From an uncultured Actinomycetota bacterium (GTDB lineage: Bacteria; Actinomycetota; Actinomycetes; Mycobacteriales; Mycobacteriaceae): a stretch of DNA of 64,000 nt. The DNA is taken from NCBI GenBank assembly GCA_963770125.1, contig CAVYPI010000047.1:10206-74205 (forward strand). Direction: 5' to 3'. Positions 1 through 10,725 of the stretch are shown here, in pieces. The first letter of the stretch is position 1. The number at the start of each line of letters is the position of its first letter. The notes beneath the pieces were generated by a model. The model had not been told where the DNA came from. It ran no database searches and was given only the letters and a program-made list of their open reading frames with translations. The position numbers were made by a program, and so were the translations under genes.

Positions 1-181
<181 letters not shown>

Positions 182-186
182 TTGAA

Positions 187-249
187 CGCCGAAACCGACG
201 TTTCGCAGGGAGAGTGCGAGTGATTCTCGCCAAAACGTCGATCTCGGCG
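187..249. repeat. ~63-nt imperfect palindromic REP-like element, family A
   Basis: Arms CGCCGAAACCGACGTTT...AAACGTCGATCTCGGCG; its reverse complement shares the first 23 nt with 41400-41422. Confidence 0.8.
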
Positions 250-281
250 CAGGGCTGAGATGGGCGTCGGAGGATTGACCG

Positions 282-1088
282 ATGATCGAGGTCGGTTACG
301 AGCGTCGGGACAGAATCGCCTACATAACGCTGAACCGGCCGGAGGCGAAAAATGCGGTCACACCGGAGATGCACGACGAAATGTGTCGCCTTTGGGCCAA
401 CTTCCGCGATGACGACCAGGCCGACGTTGCGATCCTCACCGGCGTAGGCGACGCCTTCTGCACGGGTGCAGACCTCGCGACCTACGTTCCGAGAAACTAC
501 GTCGACGCCCCACCGAGCCGGGTGCGGGAAATCGTCGACCTGGGATTCTGCGGCCTCACCCGCGGTCTGCATCGCATCACCAAACCGACGATCGCCGCCG
601 TCAATGGGTGGGCCCTGGCCGGCGGCCTTGAGCTCGCGCTGGCGTGTGATCTGCGCGTGGCTTCGGACCGCGCCACGTTCGGATCGTTCGAGGCGCGGCG
701 GGGGTTCCATCACGGCGACGGTGGAATCACGCGGCTGGTCAACATCTGCGGTGTCGGTGTGGCGATGCAATTGGTTCTTACCGCCGAACCGATCGACGCG
801 AATCGAGCGCTGCAATGCAACATGGTCACGAAAGTTGTTCCGCATGAGGCGCTGATCGAGGAGGCGGAGCTGCTGGCTCGCCAAATCCTGCGCAACTCGC
901 AGCGGGCGGTGCGATCAGCAAAGGAGACGATTCTCGAGGTTATCGGCAAGCCGCTCGACGATCAGCTGCGGATAGAGGGCTGGAATTCCTACACGTGTGT
1001 CGACCAGGATGAGGCTCGCGAATTGTTGCGTCGGTTTTTCGACAAGTCGGATGTTGGTCGAGCAGGGTCGAATTCGCCCGACAGATAA
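282..1088 (+). CDS. Enoyl-CoA hydratase/isomerase (crotonase) family protein
   Basis: ITLNRPEAKNA, AFCTGADL, KPTIAAVNGWALAGGLELALACD motifs; AGGA RBS. Confidence 0.9.
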   Translation: MIEVGYERRDRIAYITLNRPEAKNAVTPEMHDEMCRLWANFRDDDQADVAILTGVGDAFCTGADLATYVPRNYVDAPPSRVREIVDLGFCGLTRGLHRITKPTIAAVNGWALAGGLELALACDLRVASDRATFGSFEARRGFHHGDGGITRLVNICGVGVAMQLVLTAEPIDANRALQCNMVTKVVPHEALIEEAELLARQILRNSQRAVRSAKETILEVIGKPLDDQLRIEGWNSYTCVDQDEARELLRRFFDKSDVGRAGSNSPDR

Positions 1089-1123
1089 GGGCGGCACCAT
1101 CAACTCAGGGCAGTGCGGTGTCG

Positions 1124-1784
1124 TCAGCGCAAGATCGTGGCGATGATCCCGGCCAGGTAGCCCAGCCGAGCGACCTCGGACGGCCGGAAGTCCGGACCGC
1201 CTGCGCGGCCCAGCACGATCGCGGTGCGGTGGTCACCGAGCGGAGCGGCCGCGAGCGTGGTGTCCATGTCTCGCCACACCTGCGGCACCCAGTCCGCGGT
1301 CGGAATCCAGGGCTGCGGCGCGATCGAGCGGCAGCCACGGCACCTGCACCATATGTGTTTCCGGCGCCCCGTGACTGCCCACGATCCGTTCGAGTCCCGA
1401 TCCGCTCTGCCGAACGACGGTGCACCACCCGACGCGCAGCACTCGCGGCGCCTCGTCGGCGAGCACTTGCAGTCTTTTGGGCTTCCCGTCGGCCGCGGCG
1501 ACGTGATCGATGAGTTCCAGCTCCCGGTGCGCCTCGAGCAGCCCGGTGTGCGGGCGGATGGCGTCGACGTAGACGCCGTTGAGCTTTTCGGCCGCAGTGA
1601 TGAGCATGTCGGGCATGGCGCCCGGTGGCAGTTCGACCACGAGATCGTCGATCGCATAGCCCGCGGCGCGTTCGACGACGTCGAGGGACAAGATGTCGGC
1701 GCCCACCGACCCGAGCGCCACGGCCAGCGAGCCGAGGCTGCCCGGTCGATCCTCCAGCTGGACCCGCAGCAGATACGAAGGCAC
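1124..1784 (-). CDS. ACT-domain protein (Rv3013-like), one frameshift near 1303
   Basis: [37 protein letters not shown] in one frame; [14 protein letters not shown]...[15 protein letters not shown] in another. Confidence 0.82.
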
Positions 1785-1874
1785 GCGCAACACTGTTGCA
1801 CAGCACCAGCGGGTCAGCATTCCGGCCATATGGCTCCGCAGGTGCGGCCGCGACGGTGACTAGGCTTGCGTGTC

Positions 1875-2174
1875 GTGTCGCAGATCTCCCGAGACGAAGT
1901 TGCCCACCTGGCGCGCCTCGCGCGCCTCGCGCTGACCGACGACGAGCTCGACAGCTACGCCGGCCAGCTGGACGCCATCCTCGGCCACGTCAGCCAGATC
2001 CAGGCCGTCGACGTCACCGGCGTCGAACCCACCGGCGGCCCGCTCAAGGACGTCAACGTGTTCCGTGCCGACCTCGTCGAGCCGTGCCTGACCCAGGAAG
2101 AGGCGCTGGCCCAAGCGCCGAAGGCGGTCGACGGCCGGTTCGCCGTCCCGCGGATCCTGGGGGAGGCCGAATGA
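1875..2174 (+). CDS. gatC: Asp/Glu-tRNA amidotransferase subunit C
   Basis: [20 protein letters not shown]; TAGGCT -10 box at 1861-1866 suggests a leaderless transcript. Confidence 0.95.
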   Translation: MSQISRDEVAHLARLARLALTDDELDSYAGQLDAILGHVSQIQAVDVTGVEPTGGPLKDVNVFRADLVEPCLTQEEALAQAPKAVDGRFAVPRILGEAE

Positions 2175-3688
2175 GCAGCGATGGGCCGCGTGCGCAAAGA
2201 ACCAACAACAGCGAGGTGATCCGGCTCGACGCCGCCACGCTGGGCGCCAAGATCGCCGCCAAGGAGGTGTCGTCCACCGAGGCGACCCGTGCGTGCCTGG
2301 ATCAGATCGCCGAGACCGACGACAAGTACCACGCGTTTCTGCACGTCGCGGAGGAGCAGGCGCTGGCCGAGGCCGCCCGGGTGGACGCGGCCGTCGCCGC
2401 GGGTGAGTCGCTGCCGTCGCCGCTGGCCGGCGTGCCGCTGGCGCTCAAGGACGTGTTCACCACCACCGACATGCCGACCACCTGCGGATCGAAGATCCTC
2501 GAGGGTTGGACGTCGCCGTACGACGCCACAGTCACCGCGCGGCTGCGCGCGGCCGGCATCCCGATCCTGGGCAAGACCAACATGGACGAGTTCGCAATGG
2601 GTTCGTCCACCGAGAATTCCGCGTATGGTCCGACCCGCAATCCGTGGAACGTCGACCGGGTGCCGGGCGGATCGGGCGGCGGCAGCGCGGCGGCCCTCGC
2701 CGCGTTCCAGGCGCCGCTGGCCATCGGGTCGGACACGGGCGGGTCGATCCGCCAGCCCGCCGCGCTGACGGCGACCGTCGGAGTGAAGCCCACGTACGGC
2801 ACGGTGTCCCGCTATGGGCTGATCGCGTGCGCGTCGTCGCTGGACCAGGGGGGCCCGTGCGCCCGCACGGTGCTCGACACCGCCCTGCTGCACGAGGTCA
2901 TTGCCGGGCACGACGCGAAGGACTCCACCTCCGTCGAGGCCGAGGTGCCCGACGTGGTCGCCGCGGCCAGGGCAGGCGCCTCCGGCGACCTGAAGGGCGT
3001 GCGGATCGGCGTGGTCAAGCAGTTGCGCGGCGACGGCTATCAGGCCGGGGTGCTCGCGTCGTTCAACGCCGCGGTCGAGCAGCTCACCGCGCTCGGTGCC
3101 GAGGTCAGCGAGGTGGACTGCCCGCACTTCGACTACTCGCTGCCGGCGTACTACTTGATCCTGCCGTCGGAGGTGTCGTCGAACCTGGCGCGGTTCGACG
3201 GTATGCGCTACGGGTTGCGGGTCGCCGACGACGGCACGCACAGCGCCGAGGAGGTGATGGCATTGACCCGGGCCGCCGGCTTCGGCCCAGAAGTCAAGCG
3301 CCGCATCATGATTGGCGCGTATGCGCTGTCGGCTGGCTACTACGACGCCTATTACAACCAGGCGCAGAAGGTCCGCACGCTGATCGCGCGTGATCTCGAC
3401 GAGGCCTACACAGGTGTCGACGTGCTGATCTCTCCGGCGACCCCGACCACCGCATTCCCGCTGGGGGAGAAGGTCGACGACCCGCTGGCGATGTACCTGT
3501 TCGACCTGTGCACGCTGCCGCTGAACCTGGCCGGCCACTGCGGGATGTCGGTGCCCTCGGGCCTCTCGCCGGACGACAACCTGCCTGTCGGCCTGCAGAT
3601 AATGGCGCCCGCGCTGGCCGACGACCGGCTTTATCGGGTCGGCGCCGCGTACGAAGTCGCTCGCGGTCCGCTGCCGACCGCAGTCTGA
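2171..3688 (+). CDS. gatA: Asp/Glu-tRNA amidotransferase subunit A
   Basis: Amidase signature [38 protein letters not shown]; ATGA overlap with gatC. Confidence 0.96.
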   Translation: MSSDGPRAQRTNNSEVIRLDAATLGAKIAAKEVSSTEATRACLDQIAETDDKYHAFLHVAEEQALAEAARVDAAVAAGESLPSPLAGVPLALKDVFTTTDMPTTCGSKILEGWTSPYDATVTARLRAAGIPILGKTNMDEFAMGSSTENSAYGPTRNPWNVDRVPGGSGGGSAAALAAFQAPLAIGSDTGGSIRQPAALTATVGVKPTYGTVSRYGLIACASSLDQGGPCARTVLDTALLHEVIAGHDAKDSTSVEAEVPDVVAAARAGASGDLKGVRIGVVKQLRGDGYQAGVLASFNAAVEQLTALGAEVSEVDCPHFDYSLPAYYLILPSEVSSNLARFDGMRYGLRVADDGTHSAEEVMALTRAAGFGPEVKRRIMIGAYALSAGYYDAYYNQAQKVRTLIARDLDEAYTGVDVLISPATPTTAFPLGEKVDDPLAMYLFDLCTLPLNLAGHCGMSVPSGLSPDDNLPVGLQIMAPALADDRLYRVGAAYEVARGPLPTAV

Positions 3689-3705
3689 GGGGGGAGGATG
3701 GGGCC

Positions 3706-4737
3706 ATGCGGATCGGAATTCTGACCGGTGGCGGCGACTGTCCTGGCCTGAACGCGGTCATCCGGGCGGTGGTGCGGACCTGCGATGCGCGGTACGGATC
3801 CACGGTCGTCGGATTCCTCGACGGGTGGCGCGGCCTGCTCGAAGACCGGCGGGTGCAACTGAAAAACGACGACCGCAACGACCGCCTGCTCGCCAAGGGC
3901 GGGACCATGCTCGGCACCGCCCGCGTCAACCCGGACAAGCTGCGGGCCGGTCTGCCCCAGATCAAGCAGACGCTCGAGGACAACGGCATCGACGTGCTGA
4001 TCCCCATCGGCGGCGAGGGCACACTGACCGCCGCGCACTGGCTGTCCGAGGAGAACGTCCCGGTGGTCGGGGTGCCGAAGACCATCGACAACGACATCGA
4101 CTGCACCGATGTGACATTCGGACACGACACCGCGCTGCAGGTCGCGACCGAGGCGATCGACCGGCTGCACAGCACCGCCGAGTCGCACCAGCGCGTGATG
4201 CTCGTCGAGGTGATGGGCCGCCACGCCGGGTGGATTGCCCTCAGCGCGGGTATGGCATCTGGCGCGCACATGACGTTGATCCCCGAGCAGCCGTTCGACG
4301 TCGAAGACGTATGCCGGCTGGTCAAACAGCGCTTCGTCCGTGGTGATTCACACTTCATCTGCGTGATCGCCGAAGGGGCGAAACCCGCAGAAGGGTCGAT
4401 GTCGTTGCGGCAGGGCGGAATGGACGAATTCGGACACGAGAAGTTCACCGGTGTGGCCGCGCAGCTGGCGGTCGAGGTGGAGAAGCGGATCAGGAAAGAT
4501 GTCCGTGTCACGGTGCTCGGACATGTCCAACGCGGCGGCACGCCGACGGCGTACGACCGTGTGCTGGCCACCCGCTTCGGTGTCAACGCCGCCGATGCCG
4601 CACACGCCGGCGAGTACGGAATGATGGTGTCGCTGCGTGGCCAGGAGATCGGCCGGGTGTCACTGGCCGACGCGACGCGCCAGCTGAAGCTGGTGCCGCA
4701 GAGCCGATATGACGACGCCGCGGAGTTCTTCGGCTGA
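3706..4737 (+). CDS. pfkA: 6-phosphofructokinase
   Basis: [44 protein letters not shown]. Confidence 0.96.
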   Translation: MRIGILTGGGDCPGLNAVIRAVVRTCDARYGSTVVGFLDGWRGLLEDRRVQLKNDDRNDRLLAKGGTMLGTARVNPDKLRAGLPQIKQTLEDNGIDVLIPIGGEGTLTAAHWLSEENVPVVGVPKTIDNDIDCTDVTFGHDTALQVATEAIDRLHSTAESHQRVMLVEVMGRHAGWIALSAGMASGAHMTLIPEQPFDVEDVCRLVKQRFVRGDSHFICVIAEGAKPAEGSMSLRQGGMDEFGHEKFTGVAAQLAVEVEKRIRKDVRVTVLGHVQRGGTPTAYDRVLATRFGVNAADAAHAGEYGMMVSLRGQEIGRVSLADATRQLKLVPQSRYDDAAEFFG

Positions 4738-4747
4738 TCCGCGGGGA

Positions 4748-5248
4748 TCAGCCGGGTCCGGGGACGCCGCACAGGTTGGCGATCACCTGCCCGGCGGCAT
4801 GAATCGGTATCGCCCAGGTCTGCATCCCGACGATGCCATCGGCGGTGGCGTGGTTGAACTCCTGGGTGCCGCGAACGGCGGATTCGGTGATCGGTCCGAA
4901 GTCCCCGTCGACGGCGAGCACCGGGTTGGCCGAGGGCGCGAAAGAGCCCCTGCCGGTGTTCATGGCGGACTGCAGCTTGCTCACCACGTCGCCGTGGCTC
5001 TCGCGCTTCAACGTGGGCGGACGTTCCCTGTCACCATCCAGAGCCGCCCAGGTGAGGGGCCCGATGATGCCATCGTCGTCGAGGCCGCTGTCACGCTGGA
5101 ACTGCCGCACCGCGTTCGCGGTCACCGGCCCGAACACCCCGTCGACCTGGTCATAGCTCATGGTGCGTCGCACCAGCAGATATTGCGCCCAGCGGACATC
5201 GGTTCCGATCGCGCCCTCCGACAGTGTTGGCAGAGTTGTCGTTGTCAT
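4748..5248 (-). CDS. Protein with two peptidoglycan-binding (PG_binding_1-like) domains
   Basis: VDGVFGPVTANAVRQFQRDSGLDDDGIIGPLTW and VDGDFGPITESAVRGTQ...ADGIVGMQTW; GAAGGGAG RBS. Confidence 0.85.
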   Translation of the reverse strand: MTTTTLPTLSEGAIGTDVRWAQYLLVRRTMSYDQVDGVFGPVTANAVRQFQRDSGLDDDGIIGPLTWAALDGDRERPPTLKRESHGDVVSKLQSAMNTGRGSFAPSANPVLAVDGDFGPITESAVRGTQEFNHATADGIVGMQTWAIPIHAAGQVIANLCGVPGPG

Positions 5249-5374
5249 GTTGTGTCTCCCTTCGACCGCTTCATTTTTGGTCTGAACGCTGCGCACGCAC
5301 ACGAGTAGTCGACTACGCGATGTAGACCGGCGTACCCCTCGGACACTGGATGGTCTAGTTGCAGCGGCGGCTAG

Positions 5375-5731
5375 TCACGTGCTCGGTAGCGACAGAGCAA
5401 GGGCCGCAACGTTGAGGCCCAGGAACCCGATGGCGAGCGCGAACTGCGCGCCATAGTCGCCGGCGCGGATGTGCGTATAGATCGCGCACACGAAGAACAG
5501 CACGAGGCCAATCGCAGCCGAAACCCCAAGCGGGCGAAAGATCAGCCCTGCCGCAAGCCCAAGTGCACCAAGGGTTTTCAAAGTCCCGATGGGAAACGTC
5601 AGCCACGACATGGGGACCCCGGCCTTGGCCATGCCCGGGATGATCGGCTGGAAGTGAAGCAGCGCCGCGATTCCCGAGAATCCGTTCGCGGCAATGGCGA
5701 TCAGTGTGACGGCGAGAACAGTCGTGCTCAT
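5375..5731 (-). CDS. DoxX-like small membrane protein
   Basis: Four hydrophobic segments, GVP-x-x-WL, AIYTHIRAGD; start overlaps the upstream stop. Confidence 0.78.
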   Translation of the reverse strand: MSTTVLAVTLIAIAANGFSGIAALLHFQPIIPGMAKAGVPMSWLTFPIGTLKTLGALGLAAGLIFRPLGVSAAIGLVLFFVCAIYTHIRAGDYGAQFALAIGFLGLNVAALALSLPST

Positions 5732-6423
5732 CAGGCGCTCTTGAATGCTTCGCGCCGGATCATCTGCCACATCGTTGGTGTGTCCACCGTGGTCGAGACC
5801 GTCACCGTGTCGTGGCGTCCGCGTCGGGCGGCCAGCGCGACGAGATAGTCGGCCAGGTCGCTGCGCGAGGTGAACGCTCCAACCGGATCCACTTCTCCGG
5901 CAGTGTATTCCGTGACATATGGCAGGTCGAACAACCCGGACGGCCGCACGATCGTCCAGTCGAGCTCACTGTCGCGCACCACGGACTCCATCAGCCGGAT
6001 ATCGTCGTAGACGGTCTTGCCGATCGTCTTGGTGATGACCGGTTCGAACAATCGCAGTGCGAACGGCGCACTGGTTCGGCCCGGCGCGGGATACGCACCC
6101 GTCGAACTCACCACCACGAGACGGGTCACACCCGAGGACTGCATCGCGGTGACGATGTTGGCGGTGCCCCTCGAGTAGGTGTTGACCGGCTCCCGCGTGA
6201 ACGGCACGCCCAGCGTCGACAGCACCGCATCGGCGTCGGCGACGATGGCGCCGACCGCCTCGGCGTCATGGACGTCGGCGCCCGCGACGGTCAGTGCGGG
6301 ATCGGTGAACGGGAAGTCGTCGGGTCTGCGAGTCACCGCCACGGTGGTGTGGCCGGCGTCGAGGGCTCGCCTGGTGGCGAGCCGACCGGTCTGCCCGTTG
6401 GCCCCGAAGATCACGATGTGCAT
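5731..6423 (-). CDS. NAD(P)H-binding oxidoreductase (flavin/biliverdin reductase-like atypical SDR)
   Basis: IVIFGANGQTG Rossmann motif, LDWTIVRPSGL; AGGAGG RBS. Confidence 0.87.
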   Translation of the reverse strand: MHIVIFGANGQTGRLATRRALDAGHTTVAVTRRPDDFPFTDPALTVAGADVHDAEAVGAIVADADAVLSTLGVPFTREPVNTYSRGTANIVTAMQSSGVTRLVVVSSTGAYPAPGRTSAPFALRLFEPVITKTIGKTVYDDIRLMESVVRDSELDWTIVRPSGLFDLPYVTEYTAGEVDPVGAFTSRSDLADYLVALAARRGRHDTVTVSTTVDTPTMWQMIRREAFKSA

Positions 6424-6439
6424 GTCTCCTCCTAGATAG

Positions 6440-6462
6440 TCACTAATAGTGATTATCACTAT
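6440..6462. promoter_or_regulatory. Candidate MarR operator (overlapping palindromes)
   Basis: TCACTA-A-TAGTGA (6440-6452) and ATAGTGA-TTA-TCACTAT (6446-6462) in an AT-rich divergent spacer. Confidence 0.65.
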
Positions 6463-6496
6463 ATATGACGATCACGATCAGTGCTAATGTCGCGTT

Positions 6497-6982
6497 GTGG
6501 TTGATCGACGACCCGGCATCAGGGAGCTCGACCAGCGGATTCCGTTCCTGCTGTCGCAGCTCGGCACCTATGTGTCCGACGATTTCAAGCGACGGCTGGC
6601 GCCGCTCGACGTGCATCCGCGCACCAACGCGGTGCTGGTTGCGCTGGCGGGCGACGACGGCCAGTCGCAGCGGCAGCTGTCGGCCCGGCTCGGGCTGCAC
6701 CGCAACGTGATGGTGAGCCTGATCGACACCCTCGAGGAGCAGGGCCTCGTCAAGCGGATGCCACACCCGGACGACCGCCGAGCGTTCGCGGTCACGCTCA
6801 CCGGCAAGGCGCGCGACCTGTTGCCTGCGCTCGAAGAGCAGTCGCACGCGATGGAAGACGAAGTGACCGCCGCGCTGACACCCGACGAGCGGGCGACGCT
6901 GCTTGACATGTTGCAGCGGGTGTCCGCGAGCCTCGGCCTGAGCCCGGGTGTGCACCCCCGGCTCTCGGAGTCGCCCCACTAA
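6497..6982 (+). CDS. MarR family transcriptional regulator
   Basis: [46 protein letters not shown]. Confidence 0.92.
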   Translation: MVDRRPGIRELDQRIPFLLSQLGTYVSDDFKRRLAPLDVHPRTNAVLVALAGDDGQSQRQLSARLGLHRNVMVSLIDTLEEQGLVKRMPHPDDRRAFAVTLTGKARDLLPALEEQSHAMEDEVTAALTPDERATLLDMLQRVSASLGLSPGVHPRLSESPH

Positions 6983-6992
6983 ACTCGCCCTC

Positions 6993-8498
6993 ATGACCGT
7001 CGCGCCCACTGCCGAACTGCTCGACTACGACGACGTCGTGGCGCGCTACGAACCGGTGCTCGGCCTCGAAGTGCACGTCGAACTGTCCACCGCGACCAAG
7101 ATGTTCTGCGGCTGTGCCAACAAGTTCGGTGCCGAGCCCAACACCCAGGTATGCCCCGTGTGCCTGGGCCTGCCCGGGTCACTGCCGGTGCTCAACCAGG
7201 CGGCGGTGGAGTCGGCGATCCGCATCGGGCTCGCGCTGGGATGCGAGATCGTGCCGTGGTGCCGGTTCGCCCGGAAGAACTATTTCTACCCGGACATGCC
7301 GAAGAACTATCAGATCTCGCAGTACGACGAGCCGATCGCGATCAACGGTCACCTCGACGTCCCGCTCGACGACGGCACCACCTGGCGGGTGGCCATCGAG
7401 CGCGCCCACATGGAGGAGGACACGGGCAAGCTCACGCACCTCGGCAGCGAGACCGGCCGCATCGAGGGTGCGACGACATCGCTGATCGACTACAACCGTT
7501 CCGGCGTGCCGCTGATCGAGATCGTCACCAAGCCGATCGAAGGCACCGGTGCACGCGCACCGGAGATCGCTCGCGCCTACGTGACCGCACTGCGGGACCT
7601 GTTGCGCGCGTTGGGTGTCTCCGACGTCCGGATGGATCAAGGCTCGATGCGCTGCGACTCCAACATCTCGCTCAAGCCGATCGGCCAGAACGAGTTCGGC
7701 ACCCGCACAGAGACCAAGAACGTCAACTCGCTGAAGAGTGTTGAGGTGGCGGTCCGCTACGAGATGCGCCGCCAGGCAGCGGTTCTCGAGTCGGGCGGCC
7801 GAATTCACCAGGAAACCCGGCACTTTCACGAGGACGGCTATACGTCGCCGGGCCGCAGCAAGGAGACGGCGCAGGACTACCGGTATTTCCCCGAGCCCGA
7901 TTTGGAACCGGTCGCGCCCGAGGCCGAGTACGTCGAGCGACTGCGCCAGACCATTCCGGAGCATCCGTGGTTGCAGCGCAACCGGATTCAGCAGGACTGG
8001 GGCATCTCCGACGAGGTGATGCGCGACCTGGTCAACGCCGGCGCAGTCGAATTGGTCGCCGCCACCGTCGATCAGGGCGCGTCGAGCGAGGCCGCACGCG
8101 CCTGGTGGGGAAACTTCTTGGTGCAGAAGGCGAATGAGGCGGGCGTCGAACTCGACGGGCTGCCGATCACGCCGGCTCAGGTGGCCGCGGTGGTCAAGCT
8201 CGTCGACGACGGCAAGCTGTCCAACAAGCTGGCCCGTCAGGTCGTCGAGGGCGTGCTGGCCGGCGAGGGCGAGCCCGAGCAGGTGATGGCGGCACGCGGG
8301 CTAGAGGTGGTGCGCGATGATTCGGCACTGCAAGCCGCCGTCGACGAAGCCCTGGCCGCCAATCCCGACATCGTGGAGAAGATCCGCGGCGGCAAGGTGC
8401 AGGCGGCAGGCGCCATCGTCGGCGCGGTGATGAAGGCGACCAAGGGCCAGGCCGACGCCGCGCGGGTGCGCGAGCTGGTACTGACTGCCTGCAGCTAG
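6993..8498 (+). CDS. gatB: Asp/Glu-tRNA amidotransferase subunit B
   Basis: [47 protein letters not shown]. Confidence 0.97.
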   Translation: MTVAPTAELLDYDDVVARYEPVLGLEVHVELSTATKMFCGCANKFGAEPNTQVCPVCLGLPGSLPVLNQAAVESAIRIGLALGCEIVPWCRFARKNYFYPDMPKNYQISQYDEPIAINGHLDVPLDDGTTWRVAIERAHMEEDTGKLTHLGSETGRIEGATTSLIDYNRSGVPLIEIVTKPIEGTGARAPEIARAYVTALRDLLRALGVSDVRMDQGSMRCDSNISLKPIGQNEFGTRTETKNVNSLKSVEVAVRYEMRRQAAVLESGGRIHQETRHFHEDGYTSPGRSKETAQDYRYFPEPDLEPVAPEAEYVERLRQTIPEHPWLQRNRIQQDWGISDEVMRDLVNAGAVELVAATVDQGASSEAARAWWGNFLVQKANEAGVELDGLPITPAQVAAVVKLVDDGKLSNKLARQVVEGVLAGEGEPEQVMAARGLEVVRDDSALQAAVDEALAANPDIVEKIRGGKVQAAGAIVGAVMKATKGQADAARVRELVLTACS

Positions 8499-8511
8499 GG
8501 AACGACCAAGG

Positions 8512-8578
8512 CTCGTCATCAGATTGAGGGGGTCGGCAGGTGTGTCCCTTCGCAGGCCGTCATCAAATGATGACGAGG
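8512..8578. repeat. Imperfect inverted repeat (REP-like or terminator) after gatB
   Basis: CTCGTCATCAGATTGA...TCAAATGATGACGAG arms between convergent genes. Confidence 0.6.
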
Positions 8579-8658
8579 CCGGGAAGCATGTCCGGCCAGC
8601 ACCCGCAATCAAGACAGGCGCCGGGCGAGCATTCCCATCGCCGTGGTGTGGCTGCGGC

Positions 8659-9780
8659 CTAAGTGTTGTCGGCGTTGCTGCGCGGGAATCCGCCGCCCTG
8701 CGGGAACAGCGGGAAGACGACGTCGTCGAGCTTCTCGGCGTCGCCGGACGTCTTGTTGACTGTGGCGCCCCACACGTTGCCGTCGGGCGCGAGCTGCAAC
8801 GCCCACGCATGCCCGTGCTGGTCCTGACGGACTACCTCCGGTTCGCCGGTCACCGCGCCGGTGTCCGGGGCAAGCCGCACCGCCACCGTTTGCTTAGTGT
8901 TGACGAGATTCACCAGCACCGTGCCGTCGAGCGCGGCGCAGCCTGCCACCCCCGGGCGGTCGGGCCAGGTCCACACAGTCGACACCTTCGAGTCCTTGGT
9001 GATGCGCTGCAGCCGGTCGGCCGTCGGAGTGCGGTCGGTGATGTAGAGGGAGCCGTCCGACGGATCGATGCACATGCCGCCGCCTGCGCCCATCCCCGAT
9101 AGAGCGGTGGTCTGTGGCGCCTGATTGACCGTAGTGGGCTGCTCGATGCGCAGAACCTTGCCCGCCAGCGAACCCGGGTCGGCCGCCTGGGCGGGATCGC
9201 CCGCGTCGCCGGTGAGCACCACCAGCGTTGTCGGGCTGGTGAAGACTAGCGCCCCGGTGTTACCGGTGGCGCCCTTCGGGATGCCGGTCAGGATCGGCTT
9301 GGGGATGTCGCCGTCGGCGATGCGGATGACGCGGTTGTCGGTCGGGGTGCTGACGTAGGCGTACATCAGCCGATCCTGTGAGTACGTCGGCGACATCACG
9401 ATGTCCATCAGCCCGCCGTCGCCCGTGGGATCGACGGGGATCACCATCTTGACCTTGGGCTCGGCGCTGGTCGAGACCTCCTTCACCGCGCCGGTGGTGC
9501 GCTCGGCAACCAGCGCGGACTGGCTGTCGGGAAGCATGATCAGCCCGCTGGTGCTCTCCAGGCAGCCTTGCATGACGCCGGGCGCAGGGCAGGCCTTCGG
9601 GAACGGCTTGGGTGGCAGCGGCGGTGGGGGTGGGGGTGAGGACGACGGACCCGGCTTGAGTTCCGGTTCGGTGGTGAACGGCTGCGACTGTGCCTCGTCG
9701 AAGCGGGCGCAGCCAGACCCCACGAGCAACGCCGCACACAGCAGGACAATCACACCCCGCATGCGCCGGTGCTGTCTCAT
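8659..9780 (-). CDS. lppZ: Lipoprotein LppZ-like, PQQ-dependent sugar dehydrogenase-type beta-propeller
   Basis: Signal peptide with lipobox VGSGC, Pro-rich linker, GDGGLMDIVMSPTY; Rv3006 position. Confidence 0.82.
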   Translation of the reverse strand: MRQHRRMRGVIVLLCAALLVGSGCARFDEAQSQPFTTEPELKPGPSSSPPPPPPLPPKPFPKACPAPGVMQGCLESTSGLIMLPDSQSALVAERTTGAVKEVSTSAEPKVKMVIPVDPTGDGGLMDIVMSPTYSQDRLMYAYVSTPTDNRVIRIADGDIPKPILTGIPKGATGNTGALVFTSPTTLVVLTGDAGDPAQAADPGSLAGKVLRIEQPTTVNQAPQTTALSGMGAGGGMCIDPSDGSLYITDRTPTADRLQRITKDSKVSTVWTWPDRPGVAGCAALDGTVLVNLVNTKQTVAVRLAPDTGAVTGEPEVVRQDQHGHAWALQLAPDGNVWGATVNKTSGDAEKLDDVVFPLFPQGGGFPRSNADNT

Positions 9781-9920
9781 GCAGGCCAGGTTACGGATTG
9801 TCCGGCGGTGCGCGCCACGCTCGCCCCCGCGGCGCGGTCGACACGCCCTCGCGAATCGGGCGCGCCGAAGCGCCGCGCCAATCCTCGATTCGCGGGTGAC
9901 TAGCACTTACCCTGGCAACC

Positions 9921-10724
9921 GTGACCAGTCATCCTGATCCACGCTCCTGGCAGCGGCCCGCGTCTGCGAGCCTGGTCGACCCCGAAGACGATCTTCCTTC
10001 GTCGAACTACGCCGGTGATCTCGAAACCACCGCCATCCCGCGCTACGACTCCACCAAGTCGTCGACCGGCCAGCCGTTCGGCCTGATCAGCGACCCCGAG
10101 CCGCTGCCCTATGTCCAGCCCGGCGGTTCCCACTCAATCGGGTCGTATTCCGCTGAGCCCACCGAGATCGACCCGGACGCCGGCGACCGGGCACGCGACC
10201 GGCGCGGCACCCAGGACCTCGGACTTCTTCTCCTGCGTCTGGTGGTCGGGGCGTTGCTCATCGGGCATGGCCTGCAGAGGGCCTTCGGCTTGTGGGGTGG
10301 TCCAGGATTCGACGGCTTCGAGAAGTCGCTGACCGCCATGGGCTTCCAGCACGCCGACATCCTGACCTACGTGGCAACAGGCGGTCAGATTGCCGCTGGG
10401 GTGCTCCTGGTGTTGGGCCTGTTCACTCCCGTGGCGGCCGCGGGCGCGCTGGCGTACCTGGTGACCGGCATATTGGCGGAGGCCATGACGGCCCACGAAG
10501 AGGCCCGGCTGTCGTCGTTCCTCATCGATGGCCACGAGTACAAGGTCGTCCTCGCCTGCGTGGTCGCCGCGATCATCCTGATCGGCCCCGGCAGCTACGG
10601 GTTGGACGCCGGACGCGGCTGGGCGCGACGCCCGTTCATCGGATCATTTGTCGCGCTGCTGCTGGGTGTGGGGGGCGGCGTCGCGGTGTGGGTCCTGCTC
10701 AACGGCGGTAACCCACTCGCTTGA
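9921..10724 (+). CDS. DoxX family membrane protein (Rv3005c-like)
   Basis: RRGTQDLGLLLLRLVVGALLIGHGLQ, GPGSYGLD; synteny. Confidence 0.88.
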   Translation: MTSHPDPRSWQRPASASLVDPEDDLPSSNYAGDLETTAIPRYDSTKSSTGQPFGLISDPEPLPYVQPGGSHSIGSYSAEPTEIDPDAGDRARDRRGTQDLGLLLLRLVVGALLIGHGLQRAFGLWGGPGFDGFEKSLTAMGFQHADILTYVATGGQIAAGVLLVLGLFTPVAAAGALAYLVTGILAEAMTAHEEARLSSFLIDGHEYKVVLACVVAAIILIGPGSYGLDAGRGWARRPFIGSFVALLLGVGGGVAVWVLLNGGNPLA

Positions 10725-10725
10725 C

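Noticed and set aside
1861-1875. Frequent TANNNT boxes just before start codons (gatC, gatB, wrbA, serA, FAH)
   Set aside because: Leaderless transcription is common and well known in mycobacteria
1625-2170. Long N-terminal extensions in the ORF track (GatA 687 aa, MFS 730 aa, Rv2997-like 688 aa, VKOR 386 aa)
   Set aside because: Produced by choosing the furthest upstream start; the extensions overlap neighbouring real genes
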